DNA of 64,000 nt from an uncultured Candidatus Binatia bacterium (GTDB lineage: Bacteria; Desulfobacterota; Binatia; Bin18), in assembly GCA_958296235.1 (NCBI GenBank), contig OY282457.1, positions 1,985,684-2,049,683 on the forward strand, written 5' to 3'. Position 1 is the stretch's first letter, and every line of letters starts with the position of its first letter. A program made the position numbers and the translations under genes. The notes under the pieces were generated by a model that was given only the letters and a program-made list of their open reading frames with translations, was not told where the DNA came from and ran no database searches. This document shows, one piece after another, positions 18,262 through 28,395 of the stretch.

Positions 18262-19428
18262 ATGCGTCAACGCCTTCGCTTCGGTGCTTTTCTTGCCCCC
18301 CACCATCCGCTGGGGGAACATCCAACCCTTCAATTTCAGCGCGACCTCGCATTAGCCACATTTCTGGACGAACTCCAGTTCGACGAGTTCTGGGTCGGTG
18401 AGCATCACTCGGCCGGCTGGGAAACAATCGGTTCGCCGGAAATGTTCCTGGTCGCGGCCGCGGAGCGGACGCAGCGCATCCGGCTGGGGACCGGTGTGAT
18501 TTCCGTACCGTACCACCACCCCTTTAATATCGCTCAGCGCATCGTCCACCTCGACCATCTGAGCCGTGGCCGGGCCATCCTCGGCGTAGGTCCGGGCGCC
18601 TTGCCGTCTGACGCGGTGATGCTGGGCATAGACCCCAGCACGCAACGCGACCGTATGGATGAGGGGCTGGGTGTTGTCCTGCGTCTGCTGAACGAGGACG
18701 AGCCGATTACAGTCGAAAGCGATTGGTTCACGCTGCGCGAAGCCGCCTTACAATTACGACCGCTCCAGGATGAGATTCCAGTGGCCGTTGCCTCATCGAT
18801 CTCTCCGGCTGGCATGAAAGCCGCGGGCAAGTACGGCGTCGGCGTGCTTTCCATTGCATCGTACCTGGAAGAAGGGCTGACCGCGCTGCCAACGCAGTGG
18901 GGCTGGGGTGAAACCTCAGCCCGTGAGCACGGCCAGCGTCTCGACCAGGCAAACTGGCGCATTGTGATGCCCTTTCATCTGTCCTCCTCAAAGGAACACG
19001 CCTACCGCGAGGTGGCCGACGGGCTGCAGCGCTGGCAGAACGAGTATATTGTCGGCACCCTCGGCACACCAAAACGCAAGCCGTTTGAGGATGGCTATCG
19101 GGCGGCCCGAAGCCTGGACGAACACGGCGGGGGCATTTTCGGCACGCCCGAAGACGCGCTTGAAAAAATCGCCCACCTCCAGGAACTCTCGGGCGGTTTC
19201 GGCACGCTGTTGTGCTTTGTCCACGACTGGACGCCGCCGGACCTGGCCCGCAAGAGCTACGACCTCCTGGCGCGGCACGTGATGCCCCACACCCAGGGCT
19301 TGCTACGGCGGCTGGAGACCTCGGCAGAGCGGGTGTCCGCGAACAAGAAGGAGCTGATGAACAAGGCCGGCGGAGCGATTTTGAAAGCCATTCGCGAGTA
19401 CAACGCCGAACATCCACGCGAGCAATAG
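18262..19428 (+). CDS. Luciferase-like (LLM) flavin-dependent monooxygenase, limonene monooxygenase-like
   Basis: FGAFLAPHH, FWVGEHHSAGWE, RLGTGVISVPYHHP, GVGPGALPSD. Confidence 0.9.
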   Translation: MRQRLRFGAFLAPHHPLGEHPTLQFQRDLALATFLDELQFDEFWVGEHHSAGWETIGSPEMFLVAAAERTQRIRLGTGVISVPYHHPFNIAQRIVHLDHLSRGRAILGVGPGALPSDAVMLGIDPSTQRDRMDEGLGVVLRLLNEDEPITVESDWFTLREAALQLRPLQDEIPVAVASSISPAGMKAAGKYGVGVLSIASYLEEGLTALPTQWGWGETSAREHGQRLDQANWRIVMPFHLSSSKEHAYREVADGLQRWQNEYIVGTLGTPKRKPFEDGYRAARSLDEHGGGIFGTPEDALEKIAHLQELSGGFGTLLCFVHDWTPPDLARKSYDLLARHVMPHTQGLLRRLETSAERVSANKKELMNKAGGAILKAIREYNAEHPREQ

Positions 19429-19431
19429 GGC

Positions 19432-20214
19432 ATGGGTATTTTTACGGGAAAAGTCAGCGTTGTGACCGGCGCCAGCCGCGGCCTGGGAAAACCCATTGCG
19501 GTTGAGTTGGCAGAAGCCGGCGCGCGGCTGGCCTGCGTTGCCACGCGGGCCGAAAACGCGGCAGAGACGGTTGCCGAGATCAAGCGTCAGGGCGGAGAGG
19601 CGAGCGCGTTTGGCTGTCATGTCGAGCGGGCGGACGAGGTCACCCGCTTGTTTGCCGAAGTGGAGAAGCAGCTCGGACCGGTCGATATCCTGGTCAATAA
19701 TGCCGGCATCACGCGCCCGCAGTTGACGCTGGAAATGACCGAGGAGAACTGGGACCAGCATATGGACATCAATGTGAAGTCCATTTTCCTGTGCTCTCAG
19801 GCCGCGGCGCGTCACATGACGCAGCACGGCGGCGGCTGCATTATCAATATCGGCTCGATTCTAGGCCGCAACGCCTTCCCGGCCACACTCGGGTACTGCA
19901 CCTCAAAAGCCGCGGTGGATCACATGACCAGGGTCATGGCGATCGAATGGGCCCGGTATGGCATTCGCGTCAACTGTATCGCGCCGGGTTATATCGAGTC
20001 GGACATGATCGACGGCCTTGAAGCGGACGGCAAGCTGACCGCGATCGATTTAATCAAGCGCACGCCCCAACGGCGGCTGGGCTCGGAGACGGACATTGCC
20101 AAAGCCGTGCGCTTTGTGGCCAGTGAGGACGCTGGTTTTATGACCGGCGAAGTCATGGTCATCGACGGCGGCTGGACTGCATTTGGGTATTATCAAACGA
20201 GAGGAGGTAAATGA
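19432..20214 (+). CDS. SDR family oxidoreductase
   Basis: TGASRGLG, NNAG, YCTSK, VNCIAPG. Confidence 0.93.
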   Translation: MGIFTGKVSVVTGASRGLGKPIAVELAEAGARLACVATRAENAAETVAEIKRQGGEASAFGCHVERADEVTRLFAEVEKQLGPVDILVNNAGITRPQLTLEMTEENWDQHMDINVKSIFLCSQAAARHMTQHGGGCIINIGSILGRNAFPATLGYCTSKAAVDHMTRVMAIEWARYGIRVNCIAPGYIESDMIDGLEADGKLTAIDLIKRTPQRRLGSETDIAKAVRFVASEDAGFMTGEVMVIDGGWTAFGYYQTRGGK

Positions 20215-20217
20215 GAG

Positions 20218-21171
20218 ATGAAGATGAGGCATGTATATACATTAGTATTTTTTATCGTCGTGGCCTGGGTGTTTGGGCCGACCCCGGCACGGGCGGGTTC
20301 GGGCTTTTACCTCAGCAGCGAGTTGGGGGCCAACTTCGCCTCCGGGGTGGACCTCAATGAATACGACAACGACCGGGCCAGCCACTGCGACGAATTCCAC
20401 AACCCGCTGTATGCGTCCGTTCCCGAATGCACAGACCCCGCGGGCCGGGGCGACCGTTGGATGAGCGAATTCGACGATGCCGAGGGTATTCTGGCCGGCA
20501 CCGCGGCCGGCTACAGCCTGCGGGACCGCTTCCCGGACTACTTTCTGGGCCGCTTCCGGCTGGAGTTGGAATACTTCTACCGCAACTCCGAATACGACCA
20601 GAAAGCCGACATCATGACCGGGGCCGACGGGGGTGGCTCGGTCGGCGAAAAGCTGGCCGGGGAGATCGTGCAGGCCGAAGCCACGGTCGACGGTATCGCC
20701 TCGCATAATCTGTTCGGGAACCTGTATTTCGACTTTTTCAACTCCAGCCGCTTCACGCCCTACATCGGCTTCGGGGTCGGCGTCGGCTTCACGGACATGG
20801 AGTATGGGAATCTGTGGGTCCGCAATATCGACCCGGAGCGCAGCACGGCCGGCGCGGGCTTGCCCAATGTGGACCAGATCCGCCAGAGCCTCGCCGGCAC
20901 AGTCACCAGCGAGCAGGCCGACCTGAGCGACACACTGTTCGGCTACCAGGTGTTGTTCGGCGTGGACTACGCGCTGACGGAAGCACTGTCACTCGGTGTC
21001 AAGGGCCGCTGGGTCAACTTCGACAGCTTCAAGGACAGCAGCCCGTGGGACCGCTTGCGCAGCCACGACTCCCAACTGAGACTCGACGGCAGCGAACCGG
21101 TGCTGCACCACGTCCCGACCGATGACATGGAAATGTTCGGCGTCAGCCTGAACCTGAAATATCATTTCTAG
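20218..21171 (+). CDS. Outer-membrane beta-barrel protein (opacity / P44-Msp2-like), paralog 1
   Basis: Signal peptide, FRLELEY, N.YFDF, TPYIGFGVG, FGYQ..GVDY, C-terminal LKYHF. Confidence 0.8.
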   Translation: MKMRHVYTLVFFIVVAWVFGPTPARAGSGFYLSSELGANFASGVDLNEYDNDRASHCDEFHNPLYASVPECTDPAGRGDRWMSEFDDAEGILAGTAAGYSLRDRFPDYFLGRFRLELEYFYRNSEYDQKADIMTGADGGGSVGEKLAGEIVQAEATVDGIASHNLFGNLYFDFFNSSRFTPYIGFGVGVGFTDMEYGNLWVRNIDPERSTAGAGLPNVDQIRQSLAGTVTSEQADLSDTLFGYQVLFGVDYALTEALSLGVKGRWVNFDSFKDSSPWDRLRSHDSQLRLDGSEPVLHHVPTDDMEMFGVSLNLKYHF

Positions 21172-21227
21172 GCGGTTCCGGCCGCGCGGCCGCCTGTGGC
21201 CCGACGCAGAACGGGAAGGAGGACAGG

Positions 21228-22163
21228 ATGCCTATACGACGGACATTCCTGGCGGTGGCGGCTGCCATCGGTCTGCTCGTGCCGGGTTCTGCGCGCGCCG
21301 GGTTCTATCTGAGCGGCGACATCGGGGCCAATTTCGCCTCCGGGCCAGATCTGGAGGGACGCGACAACGACCGGGGCGGCGTGTGCGACGAGTTCATCAA
21401 TCCGCTGTTTGCCGACGTGCCCGGTTGTACCGACCCTATCCGACGGGGCGACAGTTGGATGAGCAAATTCGACGGCGCCGTGGGCATTCTGGCCGGCACC
21501 GCGGCCGGCTACAGCCTCCAGGACCGGTTTCCTGATCACCTGCTCGGCCGTTTCCGCTTGGAGATGGAGTACTTCTACCGCAACTCAGAATACGACCGGG
21601 ACGCCGACATTCGGTTCGGCTCGGGAGCGTCAGTCGCCGCGCATCAGAACGGTGAACTCGTGCTGGCGGAAGATCGGCTGGGCAGCATTGCCGGGCACAA
21701 CCTGTTCGGGAACCTGTATTTCGATTTCTTCAACACCAGCCGCCTCACGCCCTACGTGGGCTTCGGGGTCGGCCTTGGCTTCACCAATGTAGACTATGGA
21801 ACGCTCGGGGCGCTGAATACCGACCCGGCCCGCATCACTTCCGGTGCGGATTTATCCAACGCGGATCAGATCCGCCGGAACCTCGCCGGGACGGTCGTGA
21901 GCGAGCAGACCAACCTCGACGATACGTTGTTCGGCTACCAAGTCCTGTTTGGGGCAGACTACGCGATTACGGAAGCGCTGTCGTTGGGCGTGAAGGGCCG
22001 CTGGGTCGCCTTCGACACATTCCGGGACGGTGGAGGGTGGGACCGTCTGCGCAGCCACGAGTCCCAACTCAGACTCGATGGCAGCGAACCGGTCGCTTAC
22101 AAGATCAAGCTTGACGACATCGAGTTATTCGGCGTCAGCCTGAACCTGAAGTACCACTTCTAG
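21228..22163 (+). CDS. Outer-membrane beta-barrel protein, paralog 2
   Basis: Colinear and highly similar to 20218..21171, same terminal LKYHF. Confidence 0.8.
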   Translation: MPIRRTFLAVAAAIGLLVPGSARAGFYLSGDIGANFASGPDLEGRDNDRGGVCDEFINPLFADVPGCTDPIRRGDSWMSKFDGAVGILAGTAAGYSLQDRFPDHLLGRFRLEMEYFYRNSEYDRDADIRFGSGASVAAHQNGELVLAEDRLGSIAGHNLFGNLYFDFFNTSRLTPYVGFGVGLGFTNVDYGTLGALNTDPARITSGADLSNADQIRRNLAGTVVSEQTNLDDTLFGYQVLFGADYAITEALSLGVKGRWVAFDTFRDGGGWDRLRSHESQLRLDGSEPVAYKIKLDDIELFGVSLNLKYHF

Positions 22164-22237
22164 TATCTCAGAGTCAGGCCGCGGCCCGGACCAAAGGCCC
22201 GGCAACCGTCTCAGCCGGACGCTCTTAGGCTTCACGA

Positions 22238-22309
22238 ACCGGGCGGACGCGCTGGTTATAGAGCATTTTGCGCAGAGTGAATCTCAGGACGGCTCGTTCG
22301 GGGCGCGGG
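22238..22309 (-). repeat. Third copy of the GST 3' tail joined to an O-antigen-ligase 3' tail
   Basis: Matches 23755-23827; reads LRKMLYNQRVRPV (GST frame) and PAPRTSRPEIHSAQNAL* (ligase frame). Confidence 0.85.
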
Positions 22310-22484
22310 ACAATTGCTGCGCCGTGTTCTTGCAGACCCGGAGATTACGGGGCTGGAGCGCGTTCGGGTATTGCTACGATCCAAAGGAGCGCCAGCTATC
22401 TTTCTTTTTTCACCTGCGCTATGCTGCTGGGCTTCTGAAGACGAGCGTCAGAATATTACCACGCTCCAAAGGAGGATACGGACT

Positions 22485-23582
22485 ATGACAGCACGACTCG
22501 ATTCGCCGATGCAGATCGGCATGGCTGCGATCTGCCAAAACCCGGCGCAGAAAATCTCGGACTATGAGGTCTACAAAAATGAGATTCGGTTGGCCGATTT
22601 GGCCGAGCCGCTTGGATTTGATTCGATTTGGAGCGTTGAGCACCACTTTACCGATTACACTATGGTGCCCGATGTGCTCCAGTTCCTGACCTATATGGCC
22701 GGTCGGACCAAGACGGTGAAGCTGGGCTCGATGGTCGTCGTACTGCCCTGGCACGATCCCATGCGGGCGGCAGAAGAAATTGCGATGCTGGACGATATGT
22801 GCGACGGGCGGTTGATTCTGGGGCTTGGGCGCGGCGCCGGGCAGGTTGAGTTCGAGGGCTTCCGGGTCGATATGGGTGAGTCCCGCGAACGCTTTGTCGA
22901 GGCCGCGGATATGGTTCTGACCGGACTCGAACGGGGCTACTGCGAGTATGCGGGTCAGTATTATACCCAGCCCAAGAAAGACATCCGTCCCAAGCCGTTC
23001 AAATCCTTTAAGGGCCGGACGTATGCCGCCGCGGTTTCACCCGAGTCGTCCGAGATCATGGCCCGTCTGGGCGTCGGCATCCTGATCATTCCCCAGAAGC
23101 CGTGGGAAGACGTAGCGGTGGAATTGGATACGTACCGGACGATCTACCGTGAGGCCAACGCTGCCGAGGCGCCGGCGCCGGTCGCCGGCGGCTGGGTCTT
23201 TTGCGATAAGGATGCCGGCCGTGCCGAAGAGCTGGCTCGGCGCTACATCGGCGCTTACTGGCAGTCGGCCATGAAGCATTACGATTTTGGTGGTGACCAT
23301 TTCGCCAAGACCAAGGGCTACGAATACTACGGCAAGATGTCTGAGGCCATGGGCAGTGTCGAGGGCGTGACCGACTTTTTCCTCAACCTCCAGGTCTGGG
23401 GCACGCCGGACCAGTGTTTTGAAAAAGTCCTTGAGATCCGTTCCAAGATTGGCTGCGATGCCTTCACCGGTGTGTTCAGCTATGGCGGCATGCCGTATGA
23501 GGACAGTGAGCAGAGCATGCGGCTGTTCGCGGCCGAGGTCATGCCGCGCTTGCAGCAGTTGGACCAAAAAGCGGTGGCCTAG
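22485..23582 (+). CDS. LLM class flavin-dependent oxidoreductase
   Basis: GGAGGA RBS; GFDSIWSVEHHF, LPWHDPMRAAEE, GRLILGLGRG. Confidence 0.9.
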   Translation: MTARLDSPMQIGMAAICQNPAQKISDYEVYKNEIRLADLAEPLGFDSIWSVEHHFTDYTMVPDVLQFLTYMAGRTKTVKLGSMVVVLPWHDPMRAAEEIAMLDDMCDGRLILGLGRGAGQVEFEGFRVDMGESRERFVEAADMVLTGLERGYCEYAGQYYTQPKKDIRPKPFKSFKGRTYAAAVSPESSEIMARLGVGILIIPQKPWEDVAVELDTYRTIYREANAAEAPAPVAGGWVFCDKDAGRAEELARRYIGAYWQSAMKHYDFGGDHFAKTKGYEYYGKMSEAMGSVEGVTDFFLNLQVWGTPDQCFEKVLEIRSKIGCDAFTGVFSYGGMPYEDSEQSMRLFAAEVMPRLQQLDQKAVA

Positions 23583-23639
23583 TCAGCCGTCCGTCCTGTT
23601 CGGAACATCCCCCTCCCCCCCTTTAACCAAAATACGGCG

Positions 23640-23667
23640 AGGCCCCAAGGGAAATACCCTGGGGCCT
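23640..23667. terminator. Possible terminator hairpin between convergent genes
   Basis: AGGCCCCAAGGG-AAATA-CCCTGGGGCCT stem-loop; weak U-tract. Confidence 0.35.
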
Positions 23668-23744
23668 TGCGTGAATTGATGCGCTACCAGAACTGGCTGT
23701 CGCAGCTGTGGCTCGGGTGAGCGTCGCCTCACCCGACACTCCAA

Positions 23745-23793
23745 CTATTCCGGGACCGGGCGGGCGCGCTGGTTTATAGAGCATTTTGCGCAG
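23745..23793 (-). repeat. Second copy of the GST 3' end
   Basis: CTATTCCGGGACCGGGCGGGCGCGCTGGTT-TA-TAGAGCATTTTGCGCAG versus 25800-25847; differs only in GT/TAT (one indel plus substitution). Confidence 0.92.
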
Positions 23794-25741
23794 AGTGAAT
23801 CTCAGGGTGGCTCGTTCGGGGCGCGGGGGGCAGCACCGCCCTCACTTCCTGTCTGTAAGGAACCAACTCTCCATACGGCCCCCATACCACGGGTATCCAC
23901 AGCAGCAACGCCTCCGCTTCATGTCTGTGAGGAGCCAGCTCCAACGCTTTGTCACGATAGCGTATTGCCGTTTCTGCGTATGCTGGACCGGAGGCGGCTA
24001 TTGTCCCATAGAGCCTTGCCAGCGCCAGGTAGACCCGCCAATTCTCGGGTTCGCTGTCGATGGCCGCGGCCGCCTCGGTATCCACGAGCACGAGCAGCCT
24101 GCTCTTGGACAATATGCCGAGCATTGGCCAGAGTCTCGCTACATTGTCAAACAGGACCAGTCTGGGATAGTTCGCGAGTGGCTTGAAGTCGGTCAGCGCC
24201 TGCTCGAAACAGTCGAGGGCTTGATCGAAGGTGCTTGTCGGAGCGACCATTCGTCTGACAGCGCTGGCCGCTGAGTATTGCGCCTGGTTGGTGAGGAGAC
24301 CCACCCCCACCAGGGCGAGCGCTCCCACGCCCAGGCCGATGCGAAGCCCGGTGTGCCAACCGGTCGCTCTGCGCCGCCGGGCCGGCGCTCTCTCTCCCCT
24401 GCCCCTTTCGAGGGTAACGACGAAAGCGAGCAGCAGGCTATACTGGAGAGAAGTGGTGGGGATATTGAAAAAGAACTGACTCTGCACGAAATGGCCCATC
24501 AAGGTCGCGCCGACAAACAGCGTCAGCACTTGCTCTCTGAAATCCATTGTCCCTGTGGCGGCGCGCACCACGACGGAGAATGTGAGTGCCCAGAGAGCAA
24601 GGTAGCTCGACAGACCGAACAGGCCCGCTGTCGTAAGCACTTCGAACATCTCGCCATGTGCCGCATCGCTGATCTTTATAGAGCTCCCGAGTCCAGAGGC
24701 ATACCGGCCGAAGACCACTATATAATTCTCCGGACCCCAGCCCAGGAGCGGCTCATCGACGAATCCTTTCACACCTGCTTCCCAGAGCGCTAGGCGGCCT
24801 CGAATGCTGAGAAACTTTTCGCCCGGTAACACTTCGCTTGTCCTGGGTGCGAACGCACTGTGGGGTGGTATGTTGAACGGTAAGATATCGGGCGTGAGAA
24901 ACACCGACGCAATCAGGATGGCCGCGCCGCCAAGGGTGCCGGTCAATCCAATTGCGGCCAGCCGAACAGGTCGCCTCCTCGCCAGAAACACAAATAGTAC
25001 TGCTGAGAAGCCCAGACCCAGGATAAGTCCGAGGAGCGCCCCCCGGGTGCCGGTCAAGATGAGGACCCAAATATTGATAAGTGCCGTGCCGCCCCAGAAG
25101 CATCTCCCGCCCCAGAGCAGGAGAAAAAAGTTCTTCCCAATCCGCTGCGCCGGGATGAACGACCGTATGAGGAAACCCAGGGCGAGGATGACGTTGACCA
25201 GCATGTAGGTGCCGAGATAGGTCGGGTTGCCGAACGAGGCAGATTCCCTATATGGGCTGAAGGCGAAAAGCGAGAAGTCCACGTTGGCGGAGTACTGACT
25301 AAGGGCCAGCAGGGCCACTATCAGACTGACACCCAGATTGAGGTTCAGCAGAACGCCCCAGCCCCGGAAAGTTCGGACCACGGACGCCACAACGACAGTG
25401 AAGACAAACCAATGGGCCAGGTCCACCACGCCCTGCATCCGTTCATAGGTTGACCAGAAACTCCGCTGGACGCTGACCCCAAAGCAGGCTGCAAGTATTG
25501 CCACGCCGAGGGAAAGGGCAAGCAGTATCAGCAACCACGAACGCGGCGGACGATAGGCAGGGCGCAAGATAGCGAGCAGCGCCCAGAGACCGAGGATGAT
25601 CTCGATAATAGTCCGCGAATACAGGGCCTTCCCCACGATGAAAGGGAAAATCGTCTGAGGGGTGACGACCAGGGGCATCAGGAGGAGCAGGCCCAAGCCG
25701 GTCCAGATACCGGAAAGCAGGGCTTTTTCTAACATGCGCAC
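23774..25741 (-). CDS. O-antigen ligase / oligosaccharyltransferase-like membrane protein with C-terminal TPR-like helices
   Basis: Many TM helices; SFWSTYERMQG, FGNPTYLG, LTGTRGA, R..LW, PLLGWGPENY, DAAH. Confidence 0.85.
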   Translation of the reverse strand: MRMLEKALLSGIWTGLGLLLLMPLVVTPQTIFPFIVGKALYSRTIIEIILGLWALLAILRPAYRPPRSWLLILLALSLGVAILAACFGVSVQRSFWSTYERMQGVVDLAHWFVFTVVVASVVRTFRGWGVLLNLNLGVSLIVALLALSQYSANVDFSLFAFSPYRESASFGNPTYLGTYMLVNVILALGFLIRSFIPAQRIGKNFFLLLWGGRCFWGGTALINIWVLILTGTRGALLGLILGLGFSAVLFVFLARRRPVRLAAIGLTGTLGGAAILIASVFLTPDILPFNIPPHSAFAPRTSEVLPGEKFLSIRGRLALWEAGVKGFVDEPLLGWGPENYIVVFGRYASGLGSSIKISDAAHGEMFEVLTTAGLFGLSSYLALWALTFSVVVRAATGTMDFREQVLTLFVGATLMGHFVQSQFFFNIPTTSLQYSLLLAFVVTLERGRGERAPARRRRATGWHTGLRIGLGVGALALVGVGLLTNQAQYSAASAVRRMVAPTSTFDQALDCFEQALTDFKPLANYPRLVLFDNVARLWPMLGILSKSRLLVLVDTEAAAAIDSEPENWRVYLALARLYGTIAASGPAYAETAIRYRDKALELAPHRHEAEALLLWIPVVWGPYGELVPYRQEVRAVLPPAPRTSHPEIHSAQNAL

Positions 25742-25799
25742 CTGGGGCGTTGAACGAATCTTGTAATATGAAATTTATCCCTGACGCTCAATTGAACCG

Positions 25800-26522
25800 C
25801 TATTCCGGGACCGGGCGGGCGCGCTGGTTGTAGAGCATTTTGCGCAGCTGGTCTTTCTCTTCCTGTGAGAGCTTGGAAACGTCGAACCCGAGGTCGCTGC
25901 CGACGGCCATGCCTTTTTTGACACCCTCGCGTTCCGAGAGTTCATCAGACCAGCGCTTGAAGTATTTGAACTCGTTGATGTCCTGCCCCTGCGCTTCCCA
26001 GTTGACCGCCCAGGGGTAACAGATCATGTCGGCAATAGTGTATTCGTTCCCGGCCAGATAGGGCTGCCGATATAACTGATTGTTCAGCACGCCGAACAGG
26101 CGATTGACCTCATCCGTAAAACGCCGGACCGCATAGGTCTGATCGCCCTGGTCGTCGCCCAAACGGCGAAAATGACCGCACTCGCCGCTCTTGGGGCCCT
26201 GGTTGGCCATCTGCCACATCAGCCACTGATTGACCTCGTAGCGGACGCGGACATCCTGGGGATAAAACTGGCCGGCCTTCTCGGCGATATACATCATCAT
26301 CGCCCCGGACTCGAAAATGCTGATCGGCTCGCCCCCGCCGAGCGGTTCGTGGTCCACCAGGGCTGGCATCCGATTATTCGGGCAGATCCTGAGAAACTCG
26401 TCCGTGAACTGATCCCCCTGGGCGATATTGCACGGGATCATCTTGTACGGCATGTCGCACTCTTCCAGCAGAATGGTGACTTTCTTACCGTTCGGGGTGG
26501 GCCAGTAGTGTAAATCGATCAT
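25800..26522 (-). CDS. Glutathione S-transferase (YfcG/YghU-like, Nu class)
   Basis: YWPTPNGKK, CPNNRMPA, IFESGA, QWLMWQMANQGP, YTIADM..YPW. Confidence 0.93.
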   Translation of the reverse strand: MIDLHYWPTPNGKKVTILLEECDMPYKMIPCNIAQGDQFTDEFLRICPNNRMPALVDHEPLGGGEPISIFESGAMMMYIAEKAGQFYPQDVRVRYEVNQWLMWQMANQGPKSGECGHFRRLGDDQGDQTYAVRRFTDEVNRLFGVLNNQLYRQPYLAGNEYTIADMICYPWAVNWEAQGQDINEFKYFKRWSDELSEREGVKKGMAVGSDLGFDVSKLSQEEKDQLRKMLYNQRARPVPE

Positions 26523-26559
26523 ACGCTCTTCCTCCTGACAGTTCGTTTATCCAGTTTAT

Positions 26560-27405
26560 CTAGCTCATACTCGCCATAAACGCGGCGTACTTATCCAGAA
26601 TCGGCAAGACCTTGTCTCGGCTCTCGGACGGGACGGCGAAGATGGAGCGTTCAATCCCCAATTCCTGATACTGATTGATCACTGCTTCTTCTGCGGGGGC
26701 CATGAAAGCGGAGACGGCCAGGTCCGAGGCCTGACGGCCAAACTTTTCCGCCCGCGCGTGCATATCGCCGATCCAGCCCTTGAGGTCGGGAATTCTTGGC
26801 CCAATCGGAATCCAACCGTCGCAGTAGTTGGCGACCCGATTCAAGCCGCCTGGGGTGTGAGCGCCCAACAGAATCGGGGGATGGGGTTTCTGCAACGGTT
26901 TGGGATAGGACCAGATCGGATCAAAGTTCACAAACTCGCCGTGATACTCGGCTTCCTCTTCGGTCCAGATGGCTTTCATGGCCTCAATTTTTTCCCGCAA
27001 AATCTTCCAGCGACGGTCAAAGGGCGTGCCGTGGTTTTCCATTTCTTCGGCATTCCAGCCACCGCCGATCCCGAACAATAAGCGGCCGTTCGAGAGGTGG
27101 TCTACTGTAGCCACTTCCTTGGCGAGCTTAATCGGGTCGTGCTCCTGCACCAGGCAGATGCCACTGCCGACGTTGATCGTCTTCGTGACAGCCGCGGCGG
27201 CCATCAGCGACGCGAACAAATCGTGGGTATGCCAATAGTCTTTGGGTAACTCTCCGCCACCCGGCCACGGACTGCGCCGACTGGCGGGGATATGGGTATG
27301 CTCTGGATACCAGACCGACTCAAAGCCGCGGTCCTCGCACTCTTTGGCAAACTCGTCAGGACGGATGGCGTAATCCGTGGCGAACATGACAACACCAAAT
27401 TTCAT
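26560..27405 (-). CDS. LLM class oxidoreductase, probably F420-dependent (Rv2161c-like)
   Basis: AAGGAGGAG RBS; GFESVWYPEHTHIP, AKEVATVDHLSNGR, GWNAEEM, PKPLQKPHPP. Confidence 0.88.
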   Translation of the reverse strand: MKFGVVMFATDYAIRPDEFAKECEDRGFESVWYPEHTHIPASRRSPWPGGGELPKDYWHTHDLFASLMAAAAVTKTINVGSGICLVQEHDPIKLAKEVATVDHLSNGRLLFGIGGGWNAEEMENHGTPFDRRWKILREKIEAMKAIWTEEEAEYHGEFVNFDPIWSYPKPLQKPHPPILLGAHTPGGLNRVANYCDGWIPIGPRIPDLKGWIGDMHARAEKFGRQASDLAVSAFMAPAEEAVINQYQELGIERSIFAVPSESRDKVLPILDKYAAFMASMS

Positions 27406-27478
27406 ACTCTCCTCCTTTTCATTGAAAACTCTCCGCACTTCATGCGAATTCCGCAGAAGAGTCAAGCCGCAATCTGCT

Positions 27479-28228
27479 CTACCACGGCTCAACCCACGGC
27501 CGCAGCACAACCTCAAAGGCCCAGGTCGAGCGGGGCTGACGGTGGAGTTGCAGATAGGTCTCGGCAATGGAATCCGGGTCGGCCATATTGTCGTCCACCG
27601 TTGTCCCTGCCAGGCGATGCCAGCGGGTGCCGTCTTCCTGAGTCCACCCGATCGCCGCGTCAATCGGTACATGGGCGATGTGGATGCCCTTGGGCATGAG
27701 TTCTCTGGCCATACTCTGGGCCAGGCCCGATTTGCCCTGACAGGCCATCGCAAACGCGCCACTCCGCGGGTAGCCCTTATAGGCCGCGCTGGCATTGGTG
27801 AAGATAATAGTGCCCCGGTGCCCGTCGGCACCGGGCCGGCTGGCCAGCATGCTTTTTGTCGCCTGTTGACCCACGAGGAAGGCGCTGTACGCGGAGTTCA
27901 GCAGGGTGTCGCGGACCAGGCCGGGATCGGCCTCCGCGAGGTCTTTACGGAAAATGTCCGGGGTCCGGCCATCAATATTGTGCACAACCAGCGTAGGCCG
28001 TCCAAGGTCAGCCTGCACCGCTTGAAACAGGGCCTCCACGGCCTCGGGCTCTCGCGCGTCGCACGCATAGCACCGCACGCCATACTCGCTCGTCAATTGC
28101 TTGAGCGCGGGTTTATCCGGGGTGCGGGCGGCAACGGCCACCTGCATGCCTTCGCGGGAAAAAAGCCGGGCGCAACTCGCGCTTGTTCCCGGACCGCCCC
28201 CGACGATCAGGGCTACCTCTGTTGTCAT
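27479..28228 (-). CDS. SDR family oxidoreductase (atypical)
   Basis: IVGGGPG, IIFTNASA, QSMAREL.P.GIH, QPRSTWAFE. Confidence 0.88.
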   Translation of the reverse strand: MTTEVALIVGGGPGTSASCARLFSREGMQVAVAARTPDKPALKQLTSEYGVRCYACDAREPEAVEALFQAVQADLGRPTLVVHNIDGRTPDIFRKDLAEADPGLVRDTLLNSAYSAFLVGQQATKSMLASRPGADGHRGTIIFTNASAAYKGYPRSGAFAMACQGKSGLAQSMARELMPKGIHIAHVPIDAAIGWTQEDGTRWHRLAGTTVDDNMADPDSIAETYLQLHRQPRSTWAFEVVLRPWVEPW

Positions 28229-28395
28229 AGACTTCTCCTCTCGGGTGGTGTGGAACAGGCTAGGGTTCCGTTTGTTCTAGCCATGCGCTGCCACCTGTGT
28301 CGTCACTCGCGAGCGTAGTCAATAGACCGGGACTGTCAAGTAACAGGAGGCGGACACACAGGCGCAATTATCAAGCTCGCCAAGGATGTGCGCCT

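Noticed and set aside
23679-23720. MRYQNWLSQLWLG* as another orphan gene tail
   Set aside because: Too short to assign to any family.
26560-27831. Extended N-termini in the ORF track (also 2584..3516, 10218.., 22314.., 59803.., 61109..)
   Set aside because: Extensions overlap neighbouring genes or repeats; downstream starts have clear RBSs or match family starts.
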